This document shows, in pieces, positions 37,201-51,181 of a stretch of DNA of 64,000 bases. A program made the translations under genes and the position numbers. Location of the stretch: positions 98,148,001 through 98,212,000 of the forward strand of contig CM052817.1 of the NCBI GenBank assembly GCA_028534125.1, written 5' to 3'. Origin of the DNA: Lama glama. Its lineage: Eukaryota. Every line of letters begins with the position of its first letter. Position 1 is the stretch's first letter. Below the pieces are notes generated by a model. It had not been told where the DNA came from. It worked only from the letters and a program-made list of their open reading frames with translations, and searched no databases.

Positions 37201-37799
37201 TGGGTGGCTATAAAATCATGATAAGGGAGACAGTTACAGGAACCAGATCACTTTGAAATAAAAAATGTGTTTCTGGGCTTCCAGTTACTGAAAAGTCCTG
37301 GGCGTGTTAATTCAAAAATAGTCCTCTTGATTTTTTTTTTTTTTTGGTGGTAAATTATTGGAATTATTTTTTTGCAGACACTGTTGCGGGACATTGTCTG
37401 ATTTTAAAAGCATCAGAGTTTTCTCAGAGATCTGAGCTCAGGAGATGTTAATCTTCCCTTCCTTGTGGCCTGTTTGGTGTCTACTAAATTGGGGGTAGTA
37501 TTGTAATCTGTTGCTCTGACAGTCCCAACTGAGTGCAGCATGAACAAAACTTCTCGCCTATGATCTGGGTGGCCCCTTGGTCAACAGAACTAACCAGAAG
37601 TCATCCTGGCCAGGAATCACATGGCGTTGTTTGTTTTATTTTCCCTTCTATTTCATACTACAAAATGACATCTTTCGATTCCATTAAAACAAACAAAAAA
37701 CAGGCTATGTCTTTGGGTGGGATTTACCTACAGTGATGATTTCTACTGATATTATTGATCACTTATAGTTATGATAGTGAGGTTATCTATCCACCTATC

Positions 37800-38000
37800 T
37801 GTCTATCAATTCATTTAATTCTCATAACAACTTTTATGAAGGCAGGAAATATTATCATCTCTATATCACAGTGAAAAAACTTACATTCAAGGGTTGAAAA
37901 ATTCCCAGGGTCATAAAACAAGTAAGAGACAGAACCAAGATTTGAGCCCTTGTCATTTTGACTCTAAAGTCATACAACTCCCTTGGCCATCCTGCTATTT
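37800..38000 (-). mobile_element. MIR SINE
   Basis: tcatttaattctcataacaac...attatcatctctat..cacagtgaaaaaact...cagaaccaagatttgagccc...tgactctaaagtc. Confidence 0.65.
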
Positions 38001-40477
38001 TAATTGATTTCATGCTATTACATTGTCATCACTTATGTCTAACAAGAAAAAGAGGCAGAAATTATAAAAAATGTTGGGATGGAATGAGTTATTCTTCGTT
38101 TTACTAGCATTCAATGGCCATGTTCCCATTTCTGGTCACTTGTTGATGAATGGATTCTGACCTAGGTAATGAAATCAGATGAGGTACCAATGGGGTCATA
38201 GGATTTTGCTTTGGTGCTTTTGTGCTAGCATTTACGTGATTCTCAGAGAAAATGTTATCAGTGCTCTGAGGTCATACTTCACAGCTGCATTTTGGACCAC
38301 TCAGTTCCTGTTGTTATCTGAGTGAAGAGAGAGAACTTTAGTCTTGGTAAAACTCAAAGCTACAAATGTTTCTCAAAGCAACAACCTAAATGTTAAATCT
38401 CACAGCTTCCAAATCATCCTGTGATGACGCTGCATTGTATATATTTTTTCACACTGAATTTGTCTGTCTCATTCCTTACCAGATGAGTTAAGGCAACTTA
38501 TAGAAAAGACAGAATAGCAAGCATTATACTATGAAGGAAAAAGAGCAAATAAGATATAAGGAAAAGAGGAAAAAGGAAAAGAGAAGTTGCCTAGATGACA
38601 GGATTAACGCAAAATTTTCTAATATTTTTTGGGGGGTAGGAAAAATGTTAGATATGGCTCCTGCTTTCATAATCCCTTATACCACTGGAATTCACATTAA
38701 CAGGGGACTTTTTATAAGATAAATATTCATTGTAAGAATAAAAATAAGTCAATTTAAAATATGAAGGTACATATTTTTGATTAATTCTCTTGGAGTATCA
38801 ATAATAAAACCCACTAGATAAATGGCTGAACATTATGAAAGGAGAAATATAGTCGTCTGTATAATAGTGCCAATGAGATGATGAGTATAATTTGACAAAC
38901 TAAAAAATAGAAGCAATTTATATCATTCTCATGTCTCAAAATCTGCCAATGTTTAGCTCTGTCTCTGGAAACACAGGGTACAAACAGAACGTATAATGAT
39001 GCTGGGAATTCTTCAGGAAGTCATGGGATGAAAACATTGAAGAAATGTCATATCACTTGTTTTCTTTACAATATTGACCAAAGTTTTGTTTCCTCTTGGA
39101 GCAATAGACCACACAGTCAAACTGCACAGTTATCCAGAAACGGATTGAAGTCTGAAAATGTCTTTATCTAGAACCAGAGACCTCAGCTGGCCATGAAAGA
39201 CAACACCAAATTCATTTAGAGAGAGCGTCCTTCAGCTCTCTGTGTTTCCTACAGCTTTTTTTCTTTTTAACAGAATATTACTCAACATTGAATTTTCATC
39301 AGTCCAGATTCTAGTTGGCATTTTTGTAAACTTTGAACCATTAAATAAATCATAGTCCCACCACATCTAGACCCCAACAGTACAATAAAATGGTTTCTAG
39401 ACTTCCTATGCATTATTTTTTACATTTAACCACAAAAAACAAAATTCAAGACAATTTTCTGTTTATGTCACTTTGTAACATTTCTGAAACTAAAATGTGC
39501 ATTAACTTGTTTCTGATTTGGACTACAGATATTTTCTACAAGGAAATGCTATTATTTTATGGTTGAGAAGGTATGACAGTCCAGGAAAAATCCAGAACAC
39601 ATAGATTCACTAGTCTATGGGATTAGATAAATCAATTAGTTGAAAAAATTTAACTCAGTGATTTTGCTGCTCAATAGATCTGATAAACTCATCTCCTGAT
39701 TTTGAAAAGACTGATTTCAAATTGTGTGTAATTTTACTTCATGTCCACTTCTCTTTAAGAACTGTCATATTTGTTCCCTATAAAGTAAGTGGAAATGCAA
39801 CATGTCTATTGGGAAATGTCCCTCAAGTTCTGAAACAAAGACTTTTTTATTCATGATGTGGGCTAATGCTCTGTCTGTTCTAGGCAAATATACCAGCAAA
39901 ATAGATGTCCTTTCTAGACAGCATCTGCAGATAATGCAAAAATGCTTGAGAGAGCCAGCATACATATCTGTGACCTGACTTGCATTTACAGCATCATTTC
40001 TTGGTCACAAATAAAGAAAGGGAATGTTTAACTGGAATAAAGACTCTAAGAAAGCATTAAAAATGTTTTCTGATGAGGTATGCTTTCATGCAGAAGAAAT
40101 GCTAGATTTGATCTGCTTCCCAATAAATAAATTCAGGATCAATAAGAGGCTCTTAGGGAGAGACTTCATCAACTCTCCACAAAACCTGCTGTACATTTAC
40201 AGCTTCGTGAGGGCCGGACCAACACCTGTTCTTTTTTAGCACGTACCCAAGCATCTAGCAGGAAGCCTGGAAAAGTAATACTTATCCTATCAGTAATAGT
40301 TCCACGAATGGAGTGAGGAGTTTGGAAGGAGAAGGGAAGGACTTCCCATTTCTCTGGAGGATTTCTCTCAGAAAGTATGCTTCCATTCAGAGATGGGAGG
40401 TCCGGCAGAAAGCTGCCTCATGGGGAATCCCAAGATGACCGTAAAGATCTATACCTCGCAGTTTAGATCATCTAGTT

Positions 40478-40655
40478 CAATGGCTGCCAAACTTTTTCTG
40501 CACGGGTCAGATAAATATTTTCGGTACTGAAGGCCAGTCTTCCTCACAACTATTCCACTTGCCTATTATAATATAAAAGCAACCACAGACAATAAAAGAC
40601 CAAATTGGTATGGCTGGATTTGGCTTATGGGCAGACTGTAGTTTGCTAACTCATG
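40478..40655 (+). mobile_element. MER58A-like hAT-Charlie element
   Basis: caatggctgccaaactttttctg..gggtcagataaatatttt ... gtagtttgctaactcatg; imperfect 8-bp TSD atctagtt/atttggtt. Confidence 0.75.
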
Positions 40656-40704
40656 ATTTGGTTACATACTACTTTCTCCCTACTTTCTTTATTTACCAGT
40701 GCAC

Positions 40705-41095
40705 TTTTTTTAAATTAATTTATTTTTTATTTAATTTTGTGGCAAAGTATACATAACAAAAATTTACTCTTTAAAACCATTTTTAAGTGTACAGTTCAGC
40801 AACATTAAATATATTATTATTTTTGTGTAACCATCGTAACCATTCATCTCCAGAACTTTTTCATCATCCCATACAGAAACACTACACAAATTCAACAATA
40901 ACTCCCCATTCTCTCCTCCCTCCAGCCCCTGGTAACCACTGTTTTACTTTCTGTCTTTATGGATTTGACCACTAAGTGTACTTCCTGTAAGTGGAATCAT
41001 ACAATATGTGTCTTTTTGTGTCTAGCTTATTTCACTAAGTATGTCTTCAAATTTCATTCATGTTGTAGCCTACATCAGCATTTCATCTTCCTTCA
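40705..41095 (-). mobile_element. older L1 (L1MA/MB-like) 3' end
   Basis: acataacaaaatttac...ttttaagtgtacagttcag...catctccagaactttttcatc...aagtggaatcatacaatatgtgtc. Confidence 0.8.
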
Positions 41096-41099
41096 TAGG

Positions 41100-41310
41100 A
41101 TTAATTTTTTAGAGTTTTAGCTTCACAGCAAAACTGAGAGGAAATACAAAGATTTCCCATATCCCCCCCCCCCACCATTATTAACATCCCCAATCAAAGT
41201 GGTCCATTTGCTCCAATCGATGCACCTAGATTTATGCATCCAAATTCCATAGTTTACATTAGGCTTCCTCTTAATGTTATACATCCTATGATGATTTAGG
41301 GACATGCAAT
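41100..41310 (-). mobile_element. older L1 3' UTR fragment
   Basis: agttttagcttcacagcaaaactgagaggaaatacaaagatttcccatat...tccatagtttacattagg. Confidence 0.7.
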
Positions 41311-44300
41311 GAGGAATTAGAAGCTTCCTTACAAATTGGAAGAGATGAGGCCCCAAGAGAGTGGAGCAAGCACCTGTTGCCTGTTCCCTCTTTCTCTTTT
41401 CCTACTGCATCTAAGGCTCAGGAAATGATCACAATTGCAAGTAGTGCATGACAGAGCCGGTAAAATAAAGCCCCAGCTTTCTGGCTCTACTGAGAAAAGG
41501 AGCCTCGGGGAAACCCAAAGAGCTCTAGGGATGGCACAAAGAGGAAGACGTTGGGAGAATAACTGGAAAAAATAGTTGATTAACTGCTGGGAACTCTCTC
41601 AATCTGCACGTGCATAGCTTTGACGCAAAATAGCATATGATCGACTTCGGGAACTGAACTGTAAGATCACCACCCAGAACTAAGAATGACCACAGTGTGG
41701 AACACAGGCATGAAACAGATCTGAATAATACTGCAAAGGTATTGACAGAGGAAGTGACGTTGAGACCATAACTCCCATAAGGCTTGTCAGAACTTGCAAC
41801 CTGAAACAAACAAGGTCAGTTGCCTGCTAAAACTAAAATATCACCATTCCCCAGAAGAGTTAAGTAAGACCCAGAGAAATCTAGCGTAACGTTCAAAATG
41901 CCCAGGATACAATCCAAAATAGCATGACCTATGGTAAACAAGGAAGATGTCAATTTGTGCGAAAAGGCAACAAAGAGTTGCTAACCCTGAGATGACGTAG
42001 ATGCTGGGATTGCCTAGCAAAGACCTTAAAGCAACTATTAAAAAAATTCTCTGACAAGTAAGGTCAAACATTATTAAAATGAATGGAAGGGGATAAGCCT
42101 CACCAAAGACATAAAAGAAGCAAATAACAACCAGAGAGTTTTAGAACCGGAAAATAAATAATCAAGTTTGAAACATATTATATGGACTCAATCACAGAAT
42201 GGAAATGACAAAACAAGGAGTGAATCTGAAGATAGAGTAATGAAAGTTACCTGATCTGAATGATAAAGAAGAAAAATATTTTAAAAATCAATGACCAGAA
42301 TCTCAGGTATTTGTGGTACAATACCAAAAGCTTTAAAATCCGTATCATTGGAGACACAAAAGGAAAGGGAAAAGAACATTATTCTGGGAAACAGTTCAAG
42401 AAATAATAGCTGAAAACTCCCCAAATTTGGAAAAAGACATATACCTACAGATTTAAGAAGTGTGGCAAACCCTAAACAAAATAAACTCAAAGAAATCCAC
42501 ACACAGACATATCATAATTAAGCTCTTCAAAACTAAAGGCAAAGAAAAAAATCTTGAAAGAAACCAGAAAAAAATATTGCAGTATTTATAAGGCAAAGAA
42601 GATCTGAATGACCGTATTTCTGATAAGAAAAAAATGGAGACTGAAAGGAAGTAGAACAAGAATTTTAAAGTGCTGGCAGAAAAAAAAAACAAAACCAGAA
42701 TTCTATACGAAGCAAAAATAGCATCCATAAATGAAAGAAATACAGACATTAACAGACGAAGGAAAACTAAAATAATTCACTGTCAACAGGCCAGGACTAA
42801 AGGAATTGTTAAAGGAAGTTCATCAGAGAGAAGAAAGGAAATGAGAGGGAAACTTGGATGGTAAGGAGCGAAGGAATCACAATAAAATGTAAATAATTGG
42901 GTAGGTAGATTGTTCTTCTCTTGAGTTCTTTAAACTATGCGTGAGAGCAGAAAGCAAAAATTACAACATTATCTGATATGTCTTTCAGTGTATGCAGATA
43001 TAATACATAAGACTCTTATATCTTAATGTGTGGGGGCCGAGTAAAGGGCCCTAAGGTTGGTAAGTTTCTACACTCTACCTGAAGTGGTAAACTACTGATT
43101 TTAAGTTGACAGAGAAAACTTAAGTGTGCACATTATAATCTCTAGAGCAACCACTAAAATCCCATACCAAAAAAGAAAAAAAGATTAAAAAATGCAATAG
43201 ATAAAGTAAAACAGAATACTAAAAATATTGATGAAAGAACTCAAAAGAAGGCAGAAATGGAGAAAAAGAAGAACAAATAATAATAGAGGAAACAAATATA
43301 AATCAGATAATAAAATGGTAGACCCAATTCCAAACATATCAAGAATTACATCCAATAAAAATAGCCTTAAAAAGCCAACTAAAAGAGACTAGAATTTATT
43401 TTTAAAAAAAGAAAAGAAAAGAAAAGAAAAACATGGTCCAACTTTATTCTTTATATCCTTATCCAAGTTTATAAAAACTTATTTTAAATATAATTATACA
43501 GATCAGCTAAAAGTAAAAGGATAGGAAAAGATATCCCACATGTGTATTAATGTAAAGAGAATTGAAATGGCTTCAGTGATATCAGACAAAATAGACTTCA
43601 GAGAAAATCAAATTACCAAGAACAAAAAGAAAAATTACACAATGGTGAAGTAAATTTACTGAGACCACATAACAATTCTTAATATTTATGCATCAAAACA
43701 GAACTTCAAAACTCATGAAACAACAAGTGAAAGAACTGAAAGGAGGACCAGATAAAGTAAAAATTATAGTTTGAGATTTTTAACACTCTTGTCTCAGTAA
43801 CTATTAGAACCAGGTGACAGACAATTAGCCAGGATGCAGAAAAACTGAAAAGTACAATCAACCAACTGGATCTATTTGATTTTTACTAAACCTACAGACA
43901 ACAACATCAGAATACACATTTTTTCAAGTGAACTTGGAACACTGACCAAGACAGACCATATGTCCTGGGTGATAAAACAAATATTAACAAATAGAAAATA
44001 ATTAAAACCATTTAAAGTTTGTTCTCTGACCAAAATGGAATTAGACTGGAAATAGGTAACAGAAACCTAATAGAAAAACCTCAAAAAAATTGGATATTCA
44101 ATATGTTCCTAAATAATTCATGAGTCAAAGGGGAATTCTCAAGAAAAAAAAAGAAAATATTTGAAGATATAAAAATTTGTGAGAGACAGCCTAAATAGTG
44201 CTTAGCTGTACAATTATAGCACTCAGTGCTTACACTGAAAAAGAAGAAAGATGTAAAGTTAATAACAGAATTCTACCTTAAGGAAAAGAGCAAAAGAAAC

Positions 44301-45286
44301 TCATATCAAGCAGAAAGAATAAAATAAAAAGGAGGGAAAAATTCAATAAAATTGAAAACAAAAAGCAGGGGGAAAAAAATCAATGAACTATCAAGAAGTT
44401 TCTTGGGGAAAAAATCAGTAAAGTTGATACACCTCTAGCAAGACTAGCAAAGAAAGTGCAAAAACCCAAGTTACTAATAAAGCAGTAAAAGACATTATAC
44501 CACCATAGACTGTGAAGACATTAAGAGAAGACTGTAACAAGCCCATGCACATAACTTTGAGAACTTAGATGAAATGATACAAATCCTTGAAAACTACTAA
44601 CTCCTAAAATTTACCCAAGTGGAAACTGATAGGCTGAATCACACTGTAACTACTGAAGGAATTAAATTCATATTTTAAAACCCTTCAGAAAGGAAATCTC
44701 TGGGCCCAGTTGACTTCTCTGGAGAATTCTACCAAACATCTAAAGAAAAAGTAGAACCAATTCTGCATAATTTCTAAAAGAAACTAGAGGAGGATAGAAC
44801 AATCCACAACTCATTTGGGGAAGCCAGCACCTCCCTGATGAAATTAGATGAAGGACAGCAAGAAAAAGCAAATTACAGACCAATACCCCTTGTTAAAATA
44901 GATTTTAAAATCCTCAACAAGATCTAAGCAAGTTGAAACCAGCAATAGATAAAAGGAATAAGCACCACAATCTAGTGGAATTTATCCTAGGAGATCAGGA
45001 CTGTTTTCTATAGTCAAAAAGGGATTAGTGTGATCCATAGATTTAACATGATTCCAGTCAAAACCCAAGCAAGAGTTTCGGTAGATCAAGATGAGCTAAT
45101 TCTAATGTGTACATGGAAAGGCAAAGGAACTAGAATAACCAAGCGGTTTTGAAAAAGAAGAAAGTTGTGGGAAATCATGATACTCAATTTTAAGACTTAC
45201 TATAAAGGGACAGTAGTCATGATAATGTGTTATTAATGAAAGGATAGGCGTATGGATCAATTGGACAGAGTACAGAAATAGACTAA

Positions 45287-45450
45287 AGGGGAATAAAATA
45301 AAATAAAAAGTATTGTATAAAATTTATGTTCAACTAGATGTTACAATGTAATAATTTTATATTCAACATTGAGAATTTTTCCATGTAACGAGATTTAATG
45401 GTTTTTTTCCCCTAAAAAATATAAAATGTTTTATTTTTCTTTAAAAAAAA
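45287..45450 (+). other. AT-rich A-tailed insert inside L1 ORF2
   Basis: flanked by aaatagactaa (45276-45286) and aaataagactaa (45449-45460); ends in an A run; L1 sequence resumes afterwards. Confidence 0.6.
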
Positions 45451-46579
45451 ATAAGACTAACCCAAGCACAGTCAATTACCAAGGCAATTTGTGAGGAAAT
45501 AATAGTATTTTAAACAAAAGGTGTTAGAATAATTGTATATCAAAAAAGATAAATCAATACCCTTCAATCTAAAGTTTATACAAAAATTAACACATAGTAG
45601 ATCATGGATCTAAATGTCAAACATAAAACTGTAAGTTGGAGGGGGGTGAAATATAGGAGAAGATCATGTGAGGCAAAATCATGTTAGGCAGAGTTCTTAG
45701 ACCTGACACCCAAAGCATGAACCATCAAAGAAAAAATTAATAAGTAGGACTTTATCAAAATTTAAAATTTTCATATGATGAGAGACACTGTTGAGAGAAG
45801 CAGGTACAGACTGGGAGAAAATACCTGTAAATCAAATATCTGGAATATGATTTGAGTTCAAAATATGTAAAGAACACTCAAAGTTCAACAGTAAGAAAAA
45901 AGTCCAGGGGACAAAGGACTTGAAGCAACACTTCCCCAAAGAAAACATTCAGATGAAATATAAGCACATTAAAATATGCTCACCATCCTCGACATCCTCA
46001 GTTACAGCTATGTTGAGATGTCACCACACACCTAACAGAATGGCTAAAGTATAAAATCCCAATAAACCCAAAGCTAGTGAGAACGCAGAGCAACTGGAAC
46101 TTCATCAATTGCTCGTGAGGATGCGGAACATTACAGTCACTCTTCTTACAAGGTTGACAGCTTCTTACAAGGTTAAATACACACCAGAAATCTCACTCCT
46201 GGGCATTTACCCTAGAGAACTAAAAACTTGAGTTTATACAGCAACTTATACACAGATGTTTACAGTTCTTCTATTCATAATGGGTCCAAACAGGAAACAA
46301 CCAAGATGTCCTTCAACAAGTGAGTAGACTAAAAAACGATGGAACATTGAGAATTTACTATTCCCAATAAAGAGGAATGAACTCTCAGTACGCACAATTT
46401 AGATGTGTTTTTGAGGCATTATACAGAGGAAAAGGAGCAGGAAATTTGTACATAGTATAATTCCATTTATATGACATTCTCAAGAAAACGAACTACAGTC
46501 CTGGGAGGGCTTTGACTACAGACAGACAGCATGATAAGATGTTTTGAAGGTATAGAAATGTTTAGTATCCTAATAATGG

Positions 46580-47121
46580 TATAGAGAGGAAAAAAAATCT
46601 TTTCCTCTACCCATCTGAGGGTCTCCAGACAGGCCCATAAGTTAGACTGGCCAAAGACAGATTAACAAGAGAAAAACAAACAGACGTTTATTAACACGTA
46701 CATAGTGCGTGTACACATGGGGCCATCCAGTGATGAGTAACACAAAGAGGTGGTTAGATCTTGGGCCAACACACCGTCATAGGGTAAATAATGACACAGG
46801 GGTTTTGTGATCCAGGTGAGGTAGGGAAGACAAGCTCTGAAAAGGTGGTCAGGAAAAGTATGGGAAACAGTGGTTATTCAGTACGGCTTGTTACACAGAT
46901 TCAAGTCAGTGCCTTTTCCGTTGATAAGAGTTGTTGAGTCCTCCTCTCCCTGCTGTGGGAGGAGACACACTTTGTAAAGGAGAATTTCCTTTGAGAAAGG
47001 AAAACCTCTGCTCTGCTTTTAGAGTTTTTCCTGCATCTGCTGCTTCTCAATGACCTTTAGCTCAAAATAATTCATATGTCAAAGAAGTATATTATGGGAT
47101 GGCATGTTCTGGTAGCCTTCA
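46580..47121 (-). mobile_element. solo ERV LTR inserted in the L1 3' UTR
   Basis: abrupt composition change; AATAAA on the minus strand at 46687-46692; minus strand starts tgaaggctacc; L1 3' UTR resumes at about 47122. Confidence 0.7.
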
Positions 47122-47396
47122 GTAATGGTGATTTATATCAATGTGTACCTGTGCTAAAATTGAGGGAATGATACACTTAAAAATGTGTATTTTCATTGTA
47201 TTTTAGTTTGAGCAATAAAACTTTCATAAATATGAAAACTCATTGGGGAAAAAGTAAACTTAAAATGTGAAAAGAAGTTTGAGTTAGAAGTTGTTCATAC
47301 TGGGTTATCTAATAAATCACTTTATCAAGAGAATTCATTAACTCTTCTCTATCTGTTAAATGGGTATGACAATATCTGATTCAACTTTCTGAACAG

Positions 47397-47755
47397 CAGT
47401 GGTTCTCAATGCTTTTTGTCTCCATTTCCATTTTAGTTCTTAAAAATTATTAAAATGTAAAAAAAATTTTCATTTATGCGGGCTATACGTATCAGCATTT
47501 ACAATATTAGAAATTGAATCAGAAGAAATATATTTATTAACTCATTTTAAAATAACAATACCAAACTTATTACATTAACACAAATAGCATTTTTAATTAA
47601 AACTATTTTCCAAATTAAACAAAATAGTGAGAATAGCAAAATGGTTTGAAATATTTTCAAATGTCTTCATGTCCAGCTTAACGGAAGTCAGATGGATTTT
47701 TTATAGTTGTTCTGGTCTTTTGGGCCCCTGGGATCTCAGATCAGGCTTTAAGAAT
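47397..47755 (+). mobile_element. hAT-superfamily DNA transposon remnant
   Basis: cagtggttctcaa terminus, ttcttaaaaattatt...atttacaatattagaaatt, and a decayed right end ...ctttaagaa. Confidence 0.55.
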
Positions 47756-48669
47756 AGGAGAATGCCTATAGAATTTTTATAGAATAAGAGAGTGGGAAAA
47801 AGAAACACTCAATATGAAATTGTCTCTATCAATGAATCTTCATATATCATTAATATGTATTAAAATGGTGTGTGTTATAGATTTAAAAACAGAACTGAAA
47901 TGTTATTTGTTTCTGTACGTAGGAGAATACAAGAAAATTCTTGTCTTAGCCACAACTAGAATCTACTTCTCTCAATCCCAGAACCTGTATTCTTTCACTA
48001 TATAATTTTCCTTCCCAAATGCCTTGCTAGGGACATTCCAAATCCTGCTTTCCCTGTCTCACCAATTCCCAGCTATAGTGGAAGGTATATTAAACAATTC
48101 CAGAATCATTAGATATTTTTGAAGTCTAAAAATGCTATTCTGATTTAGTTTGCTTTTTTCCCAATTTTTCCTTGTAATTTTTTTCCCTGAATTATGTCTT
48201 CCCAAATATTGTCTGATTTTTTCTGAATAAGAACAGCTGTTCATTCCCAGGTTGGCTATGACCCCAAAGCAGCAATGGCACCACGCCAATGTCCTCTCCT
48301 TGACAGCATCAAGACAATTAACACTTTTTGGATTCTGTCCACTGCAAGATCCTCTTCATATTTGAATTCACAGGAGATGTTAGGAAGAACATAGTGAAAT
48401 AAAAATAGTACACTTTCCTGATTTTTTACTTTGTCATATTTAAGAATATTGGGATGTTCCATGTCATTGATAAAGAGGAAACTGACACATCATAACTGAC
48501 TATACTTCAATAAAAAAGAATATATCTGAATGTTACCCTATTATGAAATTTGTTTGATATGTTTGATATGTCCTGGAGAGACTTTTATTTCCAACCTTTA
48601 TTCAGTAATACACTATTGTACAAACTGCATCAAACTGCTACAAATATTTCCCATAGTCACCCACTTTAA

Positions 48670-49250
48670 TAGTTAGCTTTTGCTGTGTAAGAAACCACTT
48701 CAAAATGTATTTATTTAGCTTGTGATTCTGCAGGCCAGCAATTTGGCCAAGCTCAACTGGCTGGGTCTTCAGGGGTCAGCTGCCTTATGTGCCTACAGTC
48801 TGCTGGGAGGACTCATTTCTGCAACACAAAGTTTTATTCTCTAGCAAGCCAGCCCACACATTGGCTGGTCAGAATTTTGCAACAGAGCAGAGAATCAAGA
48901 CTCTCTAGAGGCCTGGACTTGGAATCTGCAGACTGTCACTTCTGCCACATTCTATTGGCCAAAGCAAGTCACATGGCCAACCCAGACTGAAAGTTTAGGA
49001 GAGTAGAGCCCATCTCTCTTTTTTCTTAACAAGATTTAAAAAAAACAAAAACTGAAGTGTAGTCAGTTTACAATGTTGTGTCAATTTCTGGCATATGGCA
49101 AAATGTTTCAGTCATACATGAACATACACATATTCGTTTTCATAGTCTTTTTCATTATAGAGTCCATCTCTTGATAGGAAGAACTGCCAAGTAACCTGGG
49201 GACGGTACATTTATAGAAAGGAGAATGATATAGCCAATTTGATAATCGAT
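48670..49250 (-). mobile_element. old MLT1-type LTR
   Basis: gttagcttttgctgtgtaagaaaccact...tgtcacttctgccacattctattggccaaagcaagtcacatggcc. Confidence 0.7.
49018..49158 (-). mobile_element. short young L1 3' end inserted in the MLT1
   Basis: gaagtgtagtcagtttacaatgttgtgtcaatttctgg; 14-bp TSD tagag(c/t)ccatctct at 49004-49017 and 49158-49171. Confidence 0.85.
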
Positions 49251-50802
49251 TTCCACTTTATGAGATCCAGAAATCTACTCCATGTCAGTTTTCAGTTCAA
49301 GAAAGAGATGATAAAGGTATGGAAGAAGAAAAAAGAAAATGTTTGGGAAAATACCTAAATATACAAGAAAGGAGACTTCTGTGGGTGGTGACAGGGAGAA
49401 ATGGAAAAAGCTGAGTGCTAAAAATTATAAAGAGCACTTCGATCTCCATTGTGTGGTTATATAGGGTATAACTAGGAGAAATGGAGAGTGAAATTGAGAA
49501 AAAGAAAACTTGGGCAGAATTCCATGAAAGTTCTAAGAGTAAAGATTATTATTCTATAGAACAATCTTGCAGACAAAGCGATTTATTATGCATTGCATAA
49601 GCATTTGAAAAAACAAGCTTGTAAAAACACACTTTTTAATTCTGTTAGGAAGAAACTTGCCTTTGACACTGCAAGACTGGCCAGTTTGTTTAACTTTCTT
49701 CCTTTCTGTACTTATCTGCTGATGTCACCGATTTTCAGAATATGTCATCATTTCCCCCTCCGTGCTCACAATATTTGGACTGGCACTATTTGGAGCACGC
49801 CTGATGTGCTATAACAACATCCCTGTCAGCCCCCCGTTGTTTTCACTTCTCCTTCCTATACAACACTGAAAACTGAATTCCAAAATTATCGTCTTGGAAT
49901 TGCATTCTCCTTAAAAATTTAGTGTTTTGTTTAGACTAACATTTTCAGTTAACAGACAATTTATTCAGCTCCAATTGTATGCTAGATGTTAGATTAAAAA
50001 CTAGTATGTTACAAAATATTACTTTCCAACTGGATGGTTTCTTTTTAACTATTTCAAAGAACTTTCTCTGTTATTTCATTGGCTCTCTATGAATCATCTA
50101 AGCAGATGTTTTCACCCTTCTATGCATGTGAAAACTTAGCACAGTGAACTGTGTGGGAGGGACTAGGCCATGGAGCAGCTACTTCATTATCCAGTTCTCC
50201 AAAGTAACAAAAACAAAAAACAAAAAAAATTAAGACTGCAAGGTCTGAGGAAGAGGTAGTGTACCTTTCACTCTGTGCTTATTGAGTTGTCCAATCCAAA
50301 TAACCAGGTCTCCTAACTACCCTTGACTCAGAAAATATTTGCCTTCTATACATGGACCACCCTCCCAGGGAAAATGTGTTCTTTCTTCTGCTGCCTTTCT
50401 CCTCTCTTCAAAATGCTCGTCAACACTCACCTCCACCAACGAATTTCCTCAGAGACACCCTGGTTAGAAAAAAGCTTTACATTTATAGATTTCATCAAAA
50501 ACAAACCAACCAAAAACACCCCTATAGATTTTATTTCATCCTCGCATGATGGCTCAGTGGCCAATTTTATCCTGCTTCACAGAGAAGGGTCTGGTCTGAC
50601 TCCAAGCAGATTCCCAGGATCATAGTTAGCAGAGGAGCCAATATTAAGATGGAAGAAACCAAGGAGTTTCCTTCTACAAGTCACCAGCTCTAATCAGTCA
50701 TTAGTGTCTCTTTAGTGCCTGTGAGCATTGCTGTACCTCACCGTGAATTCCTTCTATTTACGTATATACATATAATTTTGTGGAACACATCCTCTCCCCC
50801 AG

Positions 50803-51181
50803 TGATGGGCTGAATTGTTCCCTTCCCCTCAATTCATATGTTGAAGTCTCAATGCTCAGCACCTCAACGTAACCATATTTGGAGATACGGTCTCTAAAGG
50901 GTTGATTAAGTTAAAATAACTTTCCTTTTGGGTGACGCCCTAATCCAGTATGACAGCTGTCCTTATAAGAAAAGGAGGCGACTCCAGGGAAGTCCTTGAA
51001 CAGAGGGAAAAGTATGTGAAGACACAGCAAGAAGACAGCCGTCTTGAAGCCAAGGAGAGCAGCCTCGACACAAACTAAGCCCCCTGACACCTTGTCCTTG
51101 GACTCTGGCCTCTAGAACTGTGAGATAATAAATTTCATTTTTTAAGCAATTTTGTACTGGCAGCCCAAGCAGACAAATACA
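50803..51181 (+). mobile_element. MLT1A-like MaLR solo LTR
   Basis: tgatgggctgaattgttccc...aattcatatgttgaagtc...ccctaatccagtatgac...gcctctagaactgtgagataataaatttc...gacaaataca. Confidence 0.85.

Larger units (their letters stand above)
41400..47220 (+). mobile_element. near full-length but decayed old L1 (5' UTR, ORF1 at about 42.0-42.9 kb, ORF2 at about 43.3-46.45 kb, 3' UTR) with internal deletion and nested insertions
   Basis: ORF1-like (ORF 42670-42864 RILYEAKIASINE) and endonuclease- and RT-like remnants in correct order with many stops and frameshifts; A-rich sense strand. Confidence 0.85.

Noticed and set aside
41400..47220. Potentially active full-length L1
   Set aside because: Many stops and frameshifts, an RT-core deletion and nested insertions.
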